NCBI GenBank assembly: GCA_964187785.1
Contig: OZ076409.1
Span: 59,150,001 to 59,214,000 of the forward strand
DNA from: Amphiscolops sp. MND2022
Taxonomy: Eukaryota
Length of the DNA stretch: 64,000 bases
Direction of reading: 5' to 3'
A program made the position numbers and the translations under genes. This document shows, piece by piece, positions 12,549 to 25,150 of the stretch (the first letter of the stretch is position 1; every line of letters begins with the position of its first letter). Below the pieces are notes generated by a model. That model was not told the DNA's origin. It did not search any database and saw nothing but the letters and a program-made list of their open reading frames with translations.

Positions 12549-15500
12549 TTTCGTTTCGGTGCTATTTACACATCGTGTTGAACCAATTGTATCATCAATG
12601 TCAAACGATGTTCAACCGATAAGTATCACAGCTTGTTATTGTCAATTCCATTTTTCAATCCCGGCCTAAATGTGTGGTGTAATTTTGGGCCCAGCCTCAC
12701 GTCAGAGTTGACAGCTGTCGACAATAGGAAGCTAATCTCCAATGGACCTGAGACCAAAAGCGAACATTTTTTTTCAAAAAGGCAATAATTTGGTAACTCG
12801 CACAGTGCCGAAAACGTTCTTCTGCTAAATATCAAAATGGGTCCTTCGGTTTTCTAGAAAACGAAAAGAAAGTCGCATCGTGCCATAAAAATGGGACCTT
12901 TTGGTCTTTCTTCTACTTTTGCCAGCATAAAAAAGTTTCATCTAGCGCGGCATTTGAAACCCATACACGCAGAGGAATTCATTCACCAAGGAGTTAAACA
13001 CACGTTTACCATCAGGTCGTAGTCGAAGAAATGGCTAGAATAAATCAGTTTATCAGGAAATAACCGTGTTTTTCTCACTCAATTCTCTCCAACAATTTAT
13101 TCTCTTGTAAAATGAAAATATTCAAAAACAAACTGATGAAAATAAGAACATAAATCCATCCACTGTGATGGCAGCTACAATTATACAGCTGTTTTATTGT
13201 CTTTTTTCTTCTGAAGTCTGGGACCATGACCAGGATTTGTGTTCTTTTTGAAAATGTTATCTCATCCAAAAACTGGCCTGAAAACTGGCCAAAAATCAAT
13301 CCTTTTTCATAATAGTGTATTCAGAATGATCATTTTTTGTCTAGAAATTAGGTTTCCCAGTGCTCCAACACGCTGTATCCGAAGTGAAGAGCGTTTCACG
13401 AAAGGAAGAAGCGGAGGTTGCACTATATCAAAAACTTTATATTTTTCTCTGAATCCGACGTTCGTTTTTTTTCAAGACTACGTTTTGGGTACTCTGTGCA
13501 ATTTTTTAATTAGTTTTCATTGAAGGCTGGCCTCGATTTTTACTAAAAACGAAAATTTTAAAAACATAGTGTGGTAGCCTTGCAAAACCAACGTAAGATG
13601 GGACTTTATTTCTACGTGTAAACCATTTTCAGCTAAATCTGAAAAGACTCACGTTTTACAACCATAAGTACTAATGTTAAAGTTAATATTAAACGTAGTC
13701 ACCACATTCTCCTTGCCCTTGTGTCGGTCACTTCTTCGTAGCGGCGGGCGGAGATGAGGTATCATTGATAGACTGTGTAGCTATGGATACATTCGATCAA
13801 CATCTGAATGTCTTTCTACTGTCTTGGCAGGGTTTGAGGAATTTGCCTTTACACCGGGAATTTGCTCTGACGGAAGTTTTTGCGGCGTATGGGGTGTCGA
13901 ATTCCTGCGGATTCTGCTCAGAAAGATTAGAGGGCCAGGAGAGTCTGGTCAATTCAATATGAATTTGGTGGCTTGAGTGTCGGTTCAGTCATTTTTCTCT
14001 GGGTGCGAAACCACTCTGGCGGTTTCTGACATGCTGCACCAGTAGTGAATCGTCTTTAGACTTCATTGTAAAATGCGTTATAAAAACTGCTGGTACCTAA
14101 GACATCCATTCCCTCGTAGAATGGAAAGGCATGGCGTGATACCAGTTTTATCGATATCTTTATGATTTTGGTCCAGCGATAAGCATCTTGTGAAACCAAA
14201 AAACGCTTGTGAGGACTCTTGGATTGCTTTCGATTCAGTGCTATTTGCTTTCGTTTCGGTGCTATTTACACATCGTGTTGAACCAATTGTATCATCAATG
14301 TCAAACGATGTTCAACCGATAAGTATCACAGCTTGTTATTGTCAATTCCATTTTTCATTCACATTGCTTTCGTTTCGGTGCTATTTACACATCGTGTTGA
14401 ACCAATTGTATCATCAATGTCAAACGATGTTCAACCGATAAGTATCACAGCTTGTTATTGTCAATTCCATTTTTCAATCCCGGCCTAAATGTGTGGTGTA
14501 ATTTTGGGCCCAGCCTCACGTCAGAGTTGACAGCTGTCGACAATAGGAAGCTAATCTCCAATGGACCTGAGACCAAAAGCGAACATTTTTTTTCATAAAG
14601 GCAATAATTTGGTAACTCGCACAGTGCCGAAAACGTTCTTCTGCTAAATATCAAAATGGGTCCTTCGGTTTTCTAGAAAACGAAAAGAAAGTCGCATCGT
14701 GCCATAAAAATGGAGACCTTTTGGTCTTTCTTCTACTTTTGCCAGCATAAAAAAGTTTCATCTAGCGCGGCATTTGAAACCCATACACGCAGAGGAATTC
14801 ATTCACCAAGGAGTTAAACACACGTTTACCATCAGGTCGTAGTCGAAGAAATGGCTAGAATAAATCAGTTTATCAGGAAATAACCGTGTTTTTCTCACTC
14901 AATTCTCTCCAACAATTTATTCTCTTGTAAAATGAAAATATTCAAAAACAAACTGATGAAAATAAGAACATAAATCCATCCACTGTGATGGCAGCTACAA
15001 TTATACAGCTGTTTTATTGTCTTTTTTCTTCTGAAGTCTGGCACCATGACCAGGATTTGTGTTCTTTTTGAAAATGTTATCTCATCCAAAAACTGGCCTG
15101 AAAACTGGCCAAAAATCAATCCTTTTTCATAATAGTGTATTCAGAATGATCATTTTTTGTCTAGAAATTAGGTTTCTCAGTGCTCCAACACGCTGTATCC
15201 GAAGTGAAGAGCGTTTCACAAAAGGAAGAAGCGGAGGTTGCACTATATCAAAAACTTTATATTTTTCTCTGAATCCGACGTTCGTTTTTTTCAAGACTAC
15301 GTTTTGGGTACTCTGCGCAATTTTTTAATTAGTTTTCATTGAAGGCTGGCCTCGATTTTTACTAAAAACGAAAATTTTAAAAACATAGTGTGGTAGCCTT
15401 GCAAAACCAACGTAAGATGGGACTTTATTTCTACGTGTAAACCATTTTCAGCTAAATCTGAAAAGACTCACGTTTTACAACCATAAGTACTAATGTTAAA

Positions 15501-16043
15501 GTTAATATTAAACGTAGTCACCACATTCTCCTTGCCCTTGTGTCGGTCACTTCTTCGTAGCGGCGGAGATGAGGTATCATTGATAGACTGTGTAGCTATG
15601 GATACATTCGATCAACATCTGAATGTCTTTCTACTGTCTTGGCAGGGTTTGAGGAATTTGCCTTTACACCGGGAATTTGCTCTGACGGAAGTTTTTGCGG
15701 CGTATGGGGTCTCGAATTCCTGCGGATTCTGCTCAGAAAGATTAGAGGGCCAGGAGAGTCTGGTCAATTCAATATGAATTTGGTGGCTTGAGTGTCGGTT
15801 CAGTCATTTTTCTCTGGGTGCGAAACCACTCTGGCGGTTTCTGACATGCTGCACCAGTGAATCGTCTTTGGACTTCATTGTAAAATGCGTTATAAAAACT
15901 GCTGGTACCTAAGACATCCATTCCCTCGTAGAATGGAAAGGCATTGCGTGATACCAGTTTTATCGATATCTTTACAATTTTGGTCCAGCGATAAGCATCT
16001 TGTGAAACCAAAAAACGCTTGTGAGGACTCTTGGATTGCTTTC
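12549..16043 (+). repeat. ~1.8 kb tandem duplication (12549-14232 and 14367-16043) with an extra ~110 bp copy at the junction
   Basis: Duplicated ORFs 12626/14445, 13075/14895 and 13239/15059. The segment CGTTTCGGTGCTATTTACACATCG occurs three times. Confidence 0.92.
13570..13706 (-). repeat. LTR (copy made by the tandem duplication)
   Basis: TGTGGT...ACCACA termini with an adjacent polypurine tract on the minus strand. Confidence 0.75.
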
Positions 16044-18470
16044 GACGACAATATCGAACATTGCGCAGAGCTTGCGCGCACTCGTCGTCCCATATGGTGG
16101 TTTGTGAAGTTGCTTCAGTCGGAGTTTAGAAATCTTCCAGAGTTTTACCCCTCAACCTCTCGGATTGACCGTTACCAGCCTGACTGTACGCGGTGGTTCG
16201 GGTTTTGCACTATTTCCTACAATCAATGGAGGATTTGAACTCCGAATATTCGAACACGATTCCTCGATCGCTATGAACCACCGCTGGAGGACTAAAGATC
16301 GAGATTACTTTGATATACGAAAATGACGCTTGTTGCATTTCTGCGAGAGCAAATTCAAATGGAAACCTGTAGAATTTGTCTACAACTGTTAAAACGAACT
16401 TGGTCGCTGCAGGTGAGCACTTCTTCAGAACTACGAAGTCTTGCGAAAATATCTCCCAAGATTGTTTTGATAATTGGAGCTCTAGTCCTCCTTGGCTTTC
16501 AGCTCCAGTCTTGCACCTTTTGATTCAGGTCAGGTACATCAAACATTCGATGTATTAATTCAACTTTCCCGAGATGGCCCTTTTTGTCGTGGACTTCCTT
16601 AAGGAAAAAGTTTATGTCACCTGCGATGTTATTCCTGTTCTTTTCATTATCTTCGGCGTCGTACCCGTTTCCGTCCAAACATGATCAGGAAGCGCTGACT
16701 CGGATCATCGAATCAGCGACTATGTTCAGTTTACCTTTGCGGTACTGTGCAATGGGATCGTTTTCTGATGGGGATAATCGGTTTGAATATCATATTGGCA
16801 AATGCTTCTTTTTCAATCACGGACCAATTCAACTCTTCATTCGAGATTTAATGAGATACGAAGGCAACTGGCTGACCGTTTTGGGTTACGACCGGGCCAA
16901 TTGCGTTTCCCGAGGCATCTCTTTGAAGCAAAAGGCTTCGTCTTGTCTGTGATTCAGAATGATGCTTTCGATACAACCGTTCGATAGTCTATTTGCAGTT
17001 TATTGGCCTCGATGTCAAGTGGTAGTTTTTTGTCTGTATATAAAGCAAAAGGAGCTGCTATATTCGCAAAAACACCTTCCCACTTGGAGTAAAAGATACC
17101 AACAAATCGGTCGTGTTCTTTTAGTGTTGTAGGAACAGGGAGTGCCAAAACAGGCAGTATGGGATTCATCTGCGGTTTGTTTGCATGAGTTTTTTCATTT
17201 GAAAACTGATGGGCGAGGAAATTCATCTCACAAACTTCCGATTCTCACCATTGTTTTCACCTATTACTACGTCGTAGATATCCACCGCAAGGCCTTTCAT
17301 TCCATTTACAAAGTGTTGATTGCGTCCTGGAAGGCTGGAACGACGTTTGTTACCTGACACGGTAGTTGGATTGTTTGTCACAAGCTAGTTTTTACGCCGT
17401 CGTTTTGTCCTCTGTCCTCTTCTCCTGGTGAACTGGGATTGTTAGCAAAAACCAATGGAGGTGCTAAGACTTGTGAATGACTGCTTTCGATTCAAAGTTT
17501 GAGAGGGCAAATTAGCCCAGGATTGCAGGGTCTCGAAGCTTCGTTGGTACGAACGTTGTTCCCTTCCACTCGTGACGCTCAAGTGAGAATCGTGCCTTCG
17601 CAGGGCCAATAATGTTGAACGGTTTGTCTCCGATCAAACGAGTGTTATTGGCTTTGGGATTGATACGCAATTTCAGTAGTTGGGCGACATATTATTATAC
17701 TACTATGATGTCACGTCCGGAGTCGATGAGGAAATGTCCTGACACGCCATTGACTTTAGCAAGAATGAATTGTCAGCAACAACATCGGAATCGTTAGATT
17801 CGCTATGCCCTTCCATCACCGAGACACGTTACTGCGTAAGGCACACTTTGTCACTTTATCACTGGCCAGACACCCGGCTTTGCCGTGAAGCGTGTGGGAC
17901 CCAGCAGCAGTGGCATCGACAAATGGATGCGTAACATTCCACATGAAGCGATTTGGTCAAAACTTTAGTAAATTTTTTCTTCGTAGCAGCCACCACTACA
18001 GCTTCGCGAGTTGAGCGGAGCGTTTTTTGGACGGGCTGAAACCGCATTGTTTATGGCAATTTGCGTCGATTTCTGAATTGCTGATGCGAGTGCCCGGCAA
18101 GCAGCTTGTATAGTTATGTCTGAGAGGAGTCCCTGGCAAAGCGCGTCCCTGGGGCTTCGTCGAAGAAGGTTGCCGGGAAGGTGCGAGACTTAGAAACCTG
18201 ACTTCTTTATTCGCTCCGACAGATTGTTTTTACCCGCTGCAATTTTCCTAGCTACGAAATCAACGGATCTTGTGTACTCCGTTTGCCGTGCGATTTGCTA
18301 ATCGGCCAAGTAACGTTTGAAAACACGCACCTTTAGACCAAGCGCAGAGGAGGAACAATTCCAACTGGTCAGCAGCGTACGGCTGGGTCACTCGAGGGTA
18401 ACTCTCGAAATTGTTTAGCCAACGGTTGTGGGCGACGATATCCTCCCCACAAGAAGGCACTAAAAAAGGA
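15389..18470 (-). mobile_element. Decayed Ty3/Gypsy LTR retrotransposon: 3' LTR 15389-15525, PPT 15526-15539, gag-pro-RT-RH-INT remnants
   Basis: Minus strand gives gag-like RDALCQGLLS and a Cys/His cluster (~17830-17915), protease FLIDSG (~17730), RT remnant VPAFQDAIN and degenerate DIYDVVIG (~17280), FVGIFYSKW..FANIAAP, and integrase KEVHDKKGHLG (~16590). PPT is AAGGGCAAGGAGAA. Domain order is PR-RT-INT. Confidence 0.78.
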
Positions 18471-19142
18471 GAGAGTTTGGTGGCCTCTGCAAATTGTTAG
18501 TACACTTTTCTACTTAAATTTTGAAACTCTGGGGGAATTCACTCCTCTACTAGAATCACTAGCTAAATCTAGCAGTCAGTTACTGAACCTGATTGTTGGG
18601 CCTTTCAGCAAGCTTTCTTCCACTGGGATTGGCCACGTTTGCCTTCCTGCTGACTAGTTTACACAAGTAAGTTGAAGTGGTTCGTACGATTACAATAAGA
18701 GCCCACTCCGAGGCTCAGGAATGCTGTAGCTGCCGTGATTCTTCAGAACCACCAGACGTTTCTTAGACAGCAAGTAGCGGTTTGATGTCGATTACTGAAA
18801 GGCTTGTTTGGCGAAGCTGAAACTCATTACAGATCGTCCCGATTCTCTGGCATCAAACCGATATGGCAAGACTTTCTTGGTATTGTCCCAACAGTTCGTT
18901 CTTTTGAAATGTGGTCAATGGGATGTTTCCGTTGGAGGATGCAATACCACGGTGTTTTAGGGCCTCGTGCCAAACTGCAGGTTCGATATCTGCTTGAGTT
19001 TTCAAGAGTTCAGGAGAGGTTCAAGTTTTCCGTTTCAGTTCGCGAATTCGGGTGAACGACAATTCTTCAATAGCTGTGACATAAGATGCGACTTGGCTTT
19101 GGTGGCAAGGTTGACGCCTTTGGGTTTTCACCAGGTTGTGCA

Positions 19143-20140
19143 AGGGGCTTCCCACTTTGCCGAATATCCACTTGGCCGAATATCCACTTGGCCGAATATC
19201 CACTCGGCCGAATATCCACTTGACGAACTATCCATTTGGCCTAATACCCACTTGGCCGAAAAAACGAAAAAAAAAAGAAAGGTTTCACATAGCTGAAAAG
19301 TATTAAAACACTTAGCACTGTATAATTCTCTGCAATCTGGTTGGCTGACGGGGTTGAACCGAAACGAAGTCCGTTCAAAGATGAAAGAAATGAAATCTTC
19401 AACTTTCCGTGGTCAGCTATGTTCATATATCCTTACTGCCCTAATTGCAAGAGCGAAGCAACTTATCACATGGCCATGCCCAAAGGTTGCTACTTCGCAA
19501 AAGGAGCGACGCGACCGAGCCATACAACAACAATGCTAAGTGTTTTCGACTGGAAGAAACCTTTTGTTGCTTCGGGACATAGTCATTTTGCTAGGATTCA
19601 TTTGGGTAGGAATTATTTGGGTAGTTTTTGACTCATTTGCGTAGTTTTTTCCAACCCAAATGATTAAGCCTCACTTTGATTGAAAAGTCATACCAAGCAC
19701 CCCTCGGATATGTCCCCATGTCCCCTTTCGTCTAGTGCCCCGTGGCCCTTTGAGATCGCTTTTGTTGCTATCTTGCTAAACGAGGTCGAACAGGATCAAG
19801 GACGTAGCGGGAACGGAGATTGCGAAACTATCGTAGTGAAAGCTGGTCTTTGCGACGGTGAGGGTGAGCGTGCATTATGATAATTCGCGGATTAGAGACC
19901 GTCATTTTGAAATCTGAAATCACAATTATTTTTTGTTTTCAGTTGTTCTCTCATTATTTTAATAAAAAAGTTCTCAGATATCTTTTTCTTATTGCGAAGG
20001 AGGGCACTTTTGGGTAGGAAACAAATACCCAAATAGCCTTACCCCTAAAATTTACATGAATGATTCCTACCCAAATCAGCTGGGACCTTTTTTTCGCCAA
20101 GTGAAACTTTTTGTTTTTTCGGCCAAGTGGCACCTCACCG
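19143..20140. mobile_element. MITE-like non-autonomous DNA element with 16-bp subterminal repeats
   Basis: Tandem CCACTTGGCCGAATAT at 19150-19260 and inverted TTCGGCCAAGTGG near 20120. Shares internal modules with the elements at 51-54 kb. Confidence 0.55.
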
Positions 20141-20141
20141 T

Positions 20142-20342
20142 TGTGGAATGACCCAAGCTCCCATAAAGAAAACCATGGATTGGTGATAACAAAATGATTG
20201 AGCTGATATATTCTCAAATCCTCGCGAAGCAAACGTAAGGTGAAACTTTTATTCTACGTATAAGTCATTGTCAGCTCAATCTGAAGAGACACGTTTTTGA
20301 TTATAAGTTTTATTGTTAGCGTTTTTATTACGCATCTCCACA
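20142..20342 (-). repeat. LTR related to the Gypsy LTR
   Basis: TGTGGA...TCCACA termini; the core AACGTAAG..TTCTACGT..TCAGCT.AATCTGAA.AGAC resembles 15389-15525. Confidence 0.6.
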
Positions 20343-20460
20343 CATAGAGAACCCCCAGGACTTTGGGGTTATCCAACTTCTGAAATTAAGTCCCAATTTC
20401 TTTTGTCGAGTTCCCGCTTTTTGAGAGGTTTTCGTTTCAGCAAAACCGTATTCTCAAATA

Positions 20461-20623
20461 GCCTAATTGTTGTGATAAACCTATTAGATAGATAAAACAT
20501 GGAAACACATACTCACAGCCAATCACACAGTCATGGACATCATCACTTCGATGCCTATCATGCAAAAGTGTACGAAGAGATTTTGAAACTCAACTACGAT
20601 TTGACCGAGCAAAAAAACATTTG
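20461..20623 (+). pseudogene. Candidate retrocopy fragment: leader-like motif followed by a His-rich ORF start
   Basis: 31-nt motif at 20461-20491, ATG at 20499: METHTHSQSHSHGHHHFDAYHAKVYEEILKLNYDLTEQKNI*. Confidence 0.45.
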
Positions 20624-21099
20624 AACTTCTGGAGCTAAATGTCACAGCCTAGTTTGTTATATCAGCCTAATTGTTGTGATAAACTTAATAAACAGAAAAT
20701 ACGTATTTCAAACGTAAGCAAATGCAAACTCTGGACACACTGGCATCCTTTTTTGACTGTGAACACACTGACATCATTCATCGATTATAGAAAAATTTGG
20801 AATCTCCTGGAACTGAAGCTGTAGCCCTTAATAACACCAGCTTGTGTTGTTCTATTCTACTTTTGAAAATTCACTGAGACCCAGCTCGATACCGTTACTT
20901 CTCTAGCTTTTAGTTCGATAGTCCGAACTACTCGCTTACCCTTCAATAGCTTTCTGTTTTCTAGGAAAACTTCCTGAGTTGCCCCTTCTGTACCCCGGAA
21001 AAAGTTATGCTCTAATTTTTGTAGGAAAACCCAGCTTTCGAAAAGTATTGGAAATGGCCTTCTCACTTGAAGCATTCGAGAAAATGACAAAAAATGCGC

Positions 21100-21852
21100 A
21101 TCCCAATTGTACAAAGGGAAGATTGATGACTACGAGAAATTGCTAAACTGCACTGCTTCATCTCTAAAGGCAATTGAAACTCATATAATAAAGCAAGCTT
21201 CCAACCCAGTTCGAAACCAAGACAATGCACTAAGCCAAAATCCACAAGTGCAAATCATCTCCAAACAACCAATAACCACAGCTATGGAACTTAAAGCATT
21301 CGAGAAAAATACCATGTCATTGGCAGCAGCATAACAAAACACATCAAACTTAGCGATTCGCCAGCAGATGTCCTCATCCATTCATACTCAAGATCATCTA
21401 CCATAGAAAAGACCATGATACTGGAGAAGTATGAACATCGCCCTCTAAAAACTGTCACGCTACAGGACGAAACAACTCAATTCTTAAACAATTGAGTGTG
21501 TCCCCTGTACAGCTTTTCACCCAATACACTGCCTTAGTGGACAAAATCAGGGAAAACTTCAAACCCTCGCAGCTCTTCTTAATGTACGCTCCTGAAAAGT
21601 GTGCCAATGATCCAGATACCAACAAACGATTTGTTTGAGAACTTCAACAAGATGTTGAACGAATACGCCGAGCATTCGAATTCGACCAATACTTTACATT
21701 CGAGTATCATGAGCCTCAAAAAAACAGAAATGCAGTCCTTATACGTAGACGACGAATTCCATTTGAACTCATACAAAGGCTTGCTGCTTGTGACAAATAT
21801 GATCATGAGCAAATTGGGAGATGTCTGCTGCCACGAGATAAACGAATGTTGA
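21100..21852 (+). pseudogene. Decayed ORF with an SGNH-esterase-like C-terminus (possibly LINE ORF1-derived)
   Basis: LYVDDEFHLNSYKGLLLV resembles the SGNH DxxH block, with an upstream coiled-coil-like segment. Confidence 0.35.
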
Positions 21853-22909
21853 CTAAACACAGAAACTTTAATGCCTATTCTCCTCCTAACACTCAACCCC
21901 CTCGAAATCCCCCATAGCTATCAAATACCCCCATCATTGACAGACCCATAATTTCGATTATCATGGTGATTCGAGCTATTTCAATAATTATGCAATTTCA
22001 ATAGTTTCGACTTTTAATTTTTGGAAAAGTTTTGTTCTCGATAAAAAAAATTGAATAAAACTTGGATCGGTCTACTTTTACTTCCATAAACAAATCCTCA
22101 GGCAAAACAACAGTGAGAATTGTGTCTCTTGAACAATATAGGTAAGTAGTAAAAGTACGTAGTATTATAAGCGGGGGGGGGGTTGAGTGAGTAACCAAAT
22201 TTGGTCATACCGTGGACTCCAGAAAAACGTCATGATGGCGACACAATGACGTAACCGAAGGTCAAAAATACTCACTCACGGCGAGCCGACTAGAAACCGA
22301 AACAAATATACACAACCTTGAAAAATCCGAGCCTGGAAATTTTTTTTGTTTCTATTTCAGGCAATGAAAGGAAATTTCCTTACCTTTGCGTGCTGGAAAG
22401 TAATAAAAAAATGGAAGGAGCAGTTTGTTAGGAATGGAATTTGCGGCCGTGATAAAAGGAAACAGGATCAATAAAAGGTGCTTTCATCTACCAACGTTGA
22501 AATGAATGTGCTTCTACTTACTTCCTTTTGATGCTAGTGACCTTCATTGATGCGTGATTTCCATGGATAAAATTTCCCTGAAGTTACCTTCATTTGCGTA
22601 ATGGATAACATTCTTTATCATTCCAACCATCAACCGCCAAAAATATCTCCACCTTTACACAACGCCATATTTTCACACCGAGTAACATGGAAATGTGACC
22701 TGCAAGTTGTGAAAATTGCTATAGAAATTAACGAAAAAAGATGATGAAATGCTGTAAAAAGTATAATGTTTCTCATGTATAGAATACTGAAAGAGTTTTC
22801 ACAGTGTTGAATAACGAAATGCCGGACACAAAATAGGGCATATTTTTTTTACAAATGCGCAGAGTAGCCCCTGAAATAGCTACTATTTTCTACTAGGATC
22901 TCTACAGAG

Positions 22910-25150
22910 ATCCTATAGTAATATACCGTATTTTGAAAGATAGATCGAATATAAGTTCTACGCGACTGTGTTCATTGAATCTTAGCTACTTTAGCCCTAC
23001 AGTATTGTACTGTATATTGAATGATAGATACAATATAAGTCGTATACGACTATGTTCTTTGAATCTTAGCTACTTTAGACCTATAGTATTGTACTGTATA
23101 ATGAAAAAAGATCAAATACAAGTCGTTTACAGCTGTGTTCATCGAATTTTAGCTACCTTAGACGCATAGTATTGTAATGTATATTGACTGATAGATCCAA
23201 AATAAGTCCTATACGCATATTGTCATTGATTCTTAGCAATTTTAAACTTATAGTATGGTACTGTATATAGAAAGATAGATCGAAAATAAAACATATACGA
23301 CCCTGTTCATCGAATCTTCGCTACTTTAGACCTATAGTATGGTACGGTATATTGGAAGATAGATCAATTATAAGTCCTTTACAGCTGTGTTCAACGAATC
23401 TTAGCTTCTTTAGTCCTATAGTAAGGTACTGTATATCGTAAGATAGATCAAATACAAGTCCTATACGACCGTTTTCATCGAATCTTACCTACCTTATACG
23501 TAAAGTATTGTACTCTATATAGAATGATAGATCCAATATAAGTCCTATACGTCTATGTTCATTGAATCTTAGCTACTTCAGACTTATAGTATGGTACTGT
23601 ATATTGAAAGATAGATCGATTATAAAACATATACGACCCTGTTCATCGAATCTTAGCTACTTTAGACCTATATTATGGTACAGTATATTGAAAGATTGAT
23701 CGCTTATAAAAGGTATACGATCGCGTTAATTGGATCTTAGCTACTTTAATCCTATAGTATGGTACTGTGAAAGGAAAGGAAGACCGAATATGAGTCCTAT
23801 ACATCTTTGTTCAAATAATCTTAGCTACTTTAGACCTATAGTTTTGTACTGTATATTGAAAGATAGATCGAATATAAGTACCTTGCCGCTGTGTTTAATG
23901 AATCTTAGCTACTTTAGTCCTATATTATGGTACTGTAAAGTGAAAGATTGATCGAAAATAAAACATATACGAACGTGGTAATTGAATTTTAGCTACGTTA
24001 GATCCCTATAGTCTTGTACTTTATATTGAAAGATAGATCGAGTATAAGTCCTATCCGAAAGTTTTCATCGAACCTTAGCTACCTTAGACGTATAGTATTG
24101 TACTCTATATTGAATGATAGATCCAATATAAGTCCTATACGTCTATGATCATTGAAACTTAGCTACTTTAGACTTATAGTATGGAACTGTATATTGAAAG
24201 ATTGATCGAATATAAAACCTATACTATCGTTTTAATTGAATCTTTGCTACTTTAGACCTACAGAATGGGACTGTATATCGAAAGATATATCAAATATAAG
24301 TCCTATACGAACGTTTTTATTGAATCTTACCTACCTTAGACGTAAAGTATTGTACTCTTTATAGAATGATAGATCCAATATAAGTCCTATACGTCTATGT
24401 TCATTGAATCTTAGCTACTTCAGACTTATAGTATGGTACTGTATATTGGAAGATAGATCAAATATAAAACATATACGACCCTGTTCATCGAATCTTAGCT
24501 ACTTTAGACCTATTTTATGATACTGTATATTGAAAGATTGATCGAATATAAAAGCTATACGATCGTGTTAATTGAATTTTAGCTACTTAAGACCTATAGT
24601 ATTGTACTGTATTATAAGTCTTATACGGCCGTGTTCATCGAAAATTAGCTACATTACACCTATAATTTGGTGATGTATATTGAAAGATAGATCAAACATA
24701 AGTCCTCTACGGCTGTGTTCATTGAATCGTAGCTACTTTAGAGCTATAAAATGGTACTGTATATGGAAAAGTTGATCAAATATGAAACCCATACGATCGT
24801 GTTCACCTTATATCTACTTTAGACCTTTATTATGGTACTGTATTTTGAACGATTGATCGAATATCAAAGCTATAAGATCGTGTTAATTGAATCTTAGCTA
24901 CTCTAGACCTATAGTATTGTACTGTATAATGAAAGATAGATCGAATACAAGTCCTGTACGAAAGTGTTCATCGAATCTCAGCTACTTTATATTATTGAAC
25001 CGTATATTGAAAATTAGCTCGAATATATGTCCAATACTACTGTCTACATCTAATCCTAATTACTTTAGAAATATAGTGTAGTAATGTATTTTGAAAGACA
25101 GATCAAATATAAGTCCTATACGGCTGTGTTTATAGAATCTCAGCTACTTT
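22910..25150 (+). repeat. 84-bp satellite array, left arm (~27 units)
   Basis: The GAATCTTAGCTAC anchor recurs at 22977, 23061, 23144, 23228, 23312 and 23396. Confidence 0.93.

Noticed and set aside
12935..12975. tRNA/SINE B-box-like sequence on the minus strand
   Set aside because: Only a weak B-box; no convincing A-box or cloverleaf.
13570..15525. Small complete LTR element (TRIM) between two LTRs
   Set aside because: Both LTRs lie inside a larger tandem duplication with the same flanks, and no PBS was seen.
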